Assembly: GCA_046160675.1 (NCBI GenBank)
Contig: JBJXHH010000117.1
Location: forward strand, 11-64,010
Direction of reading: 5' to 3'
Length of the DNA stretch: 64,000 bases
Source: Chitinophagales bacterium
GTDB taxonomy: Bacteria; Bacteroidota; Bacteroidia; Chitinophagales; BACL12
In this document: one piece after another, positions 63,580-64,000 of the stretch
Layout: each line of letters begins with the position of its first letter
How positions within the stretch are numbered: position 1 is the stretch's first letter
Program-made: the position numbers and the translations under genes
The notes under the pieces: generated by a model
Database searches by the model: none
Seen by the model: the letters and a program-made list of their open reading frames with translations, nothing else
Told to the model about the DNA's origin: nothing

Positions 63580-64000
63580 AATTTTCATTGTCTTTTTTTC
63601 TGTGTGTGCTTTCTTTAGCTTCTTCATATTCTCAAAACATGGAAATCAATCTCAATCAAAACTGGCAATTTAGAAAAGCGGGGGACACAGCATGGCTTCC
63701 TGCGACTGTTCCAGGTTGTGTGCATACTGACCTGCTTGCAAACAATCTCATTCCTGATCCTTTTTATGCAGATAATGAAAAACAGGTTCAATGGATTGAA
63801 AATGAAGACTGGGAATATCAAACAATATTTATAGTAGATAAAAAAATGTTACGCAGGGAGTTCATTGAACTACAATTTGAAGGCTTAGACACTTATGCTG
63901 ATGTGTTCTTGAATGATTCTTTAATTCTGAAATCAGATAATATGTTTCGCAGCTGGAATATTGATGTAAAAAAATACTTATTGAAAGGTGAAAACAAACT
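63576..64000 (+). CDS. GH2 beta-mannosidase, N-terminal fragment (continues beyond the window)
   Basis: This ORF is not in the ORF track because it is open-ended. My own translation from ATG 63576 is MKFSLSFFLCVLSLASSYSQNMEINLNQNWQFRKAGDTAWLPATVPGCVHTDLLANNLIPDPFYADNEKQVQWIENEDWEYQ...LQFEGLDTYADVFLND. This is the characteristic beta-mannosidase N-terminus. Confidence 0.85.
   Translation, partial: MKFSLSFFLCVLSLASSYSQNMEINLNQNWQFRKAGDTAWLPATVPGCVHTDLLANNLIPDPFYADNEKQVQWIENEDWEYQTIFIVDKKMLRREFIELQFEGLDTYADVFLNDSLILKSDNMFRSWNIDVKKYLLKGENK

Noticed and set aside
1-64000. Searched for signs of a genomic island, prophage, integrative element, toxin-antitoxin pairs, restriction-modification or other defence genes, tRNA/rRNA genes and CRISPR arrays.
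   Set aside because: I found no integrase, transposase, recombinase, phage structural gene, nuclease/ATPase defence-type gene or tRNA-like sequence by eye. Composition appears uniform apart from the small REP-like GC-rich patches. The window reads as core chromosome.

Overview
This is an AT-rich chromosomal segment that looks like a Bacteroidota genome. Five proteins end in T9SS/Por C-terminal sorting domains, and the Bacteroidetes -7 promoter box TAnnTTTG sits just upstream of about half of the transcription units. I call 59 protein-coding genes, two of them truncated by the window edges. By eye I recognised no rRNA, tRNA, CRISPR array, integrase, transposase or phage genes. All family calls come from reading motifs in the supplied translations; no searches were run.

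Gene content falls into four groups:
- Housekeeping: mqnB/mqnD, rnhA, fbp, nth, queA, gatC, trpS, a DEAD-box helicase, aminotransferases, a deoxynucleoside kinase and a PduO-type adenosyltransferase.
- Envelope and secreted proteins: a TonB-dependent receptor, two tandem LVIVD/choice-of-anchor-B T9SS cargo paralogs, two tandem TolB-like/OmpA paralogs, a GEVED/PKD giant protein, a 10-Asp-box BNR protein, and a TPR / beta-barrel / SPOR cluster.
- Transport: split MacB-like ABC parts, a KirBac-type K+ channel and a DAACS symporter.
- Two ECF sigma modules.

I did not find a clear-cut new defence or mobile system. The best candidates for under-described biology are:
1. A six-gene ECF42-type sigma / DGPF(YciI) operon expanded with four small binding-fold proteins. 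The sigma gene has no canonical start codon upstream of its conserved N-terminus.
2. An N-glycan-core catabolic operon (GH20, glycosylasparaginase, GH2 beta-mannosidase) with the function-unknown cutC translationally coupled in the middle. It lies divergent from an ECF sigma paired with an odd His/Lys/Trp-rich membrane protein.
3. A deoxynucleoside kinase carrying a histone-H1-like Lys/Ala/Pro N-terminal tail.
4. A phased REP-like palindromic-unit island.
5. A set of genes whose -7 box lies only 4-5 nt from the ATG, implying leaderless mRNAs.
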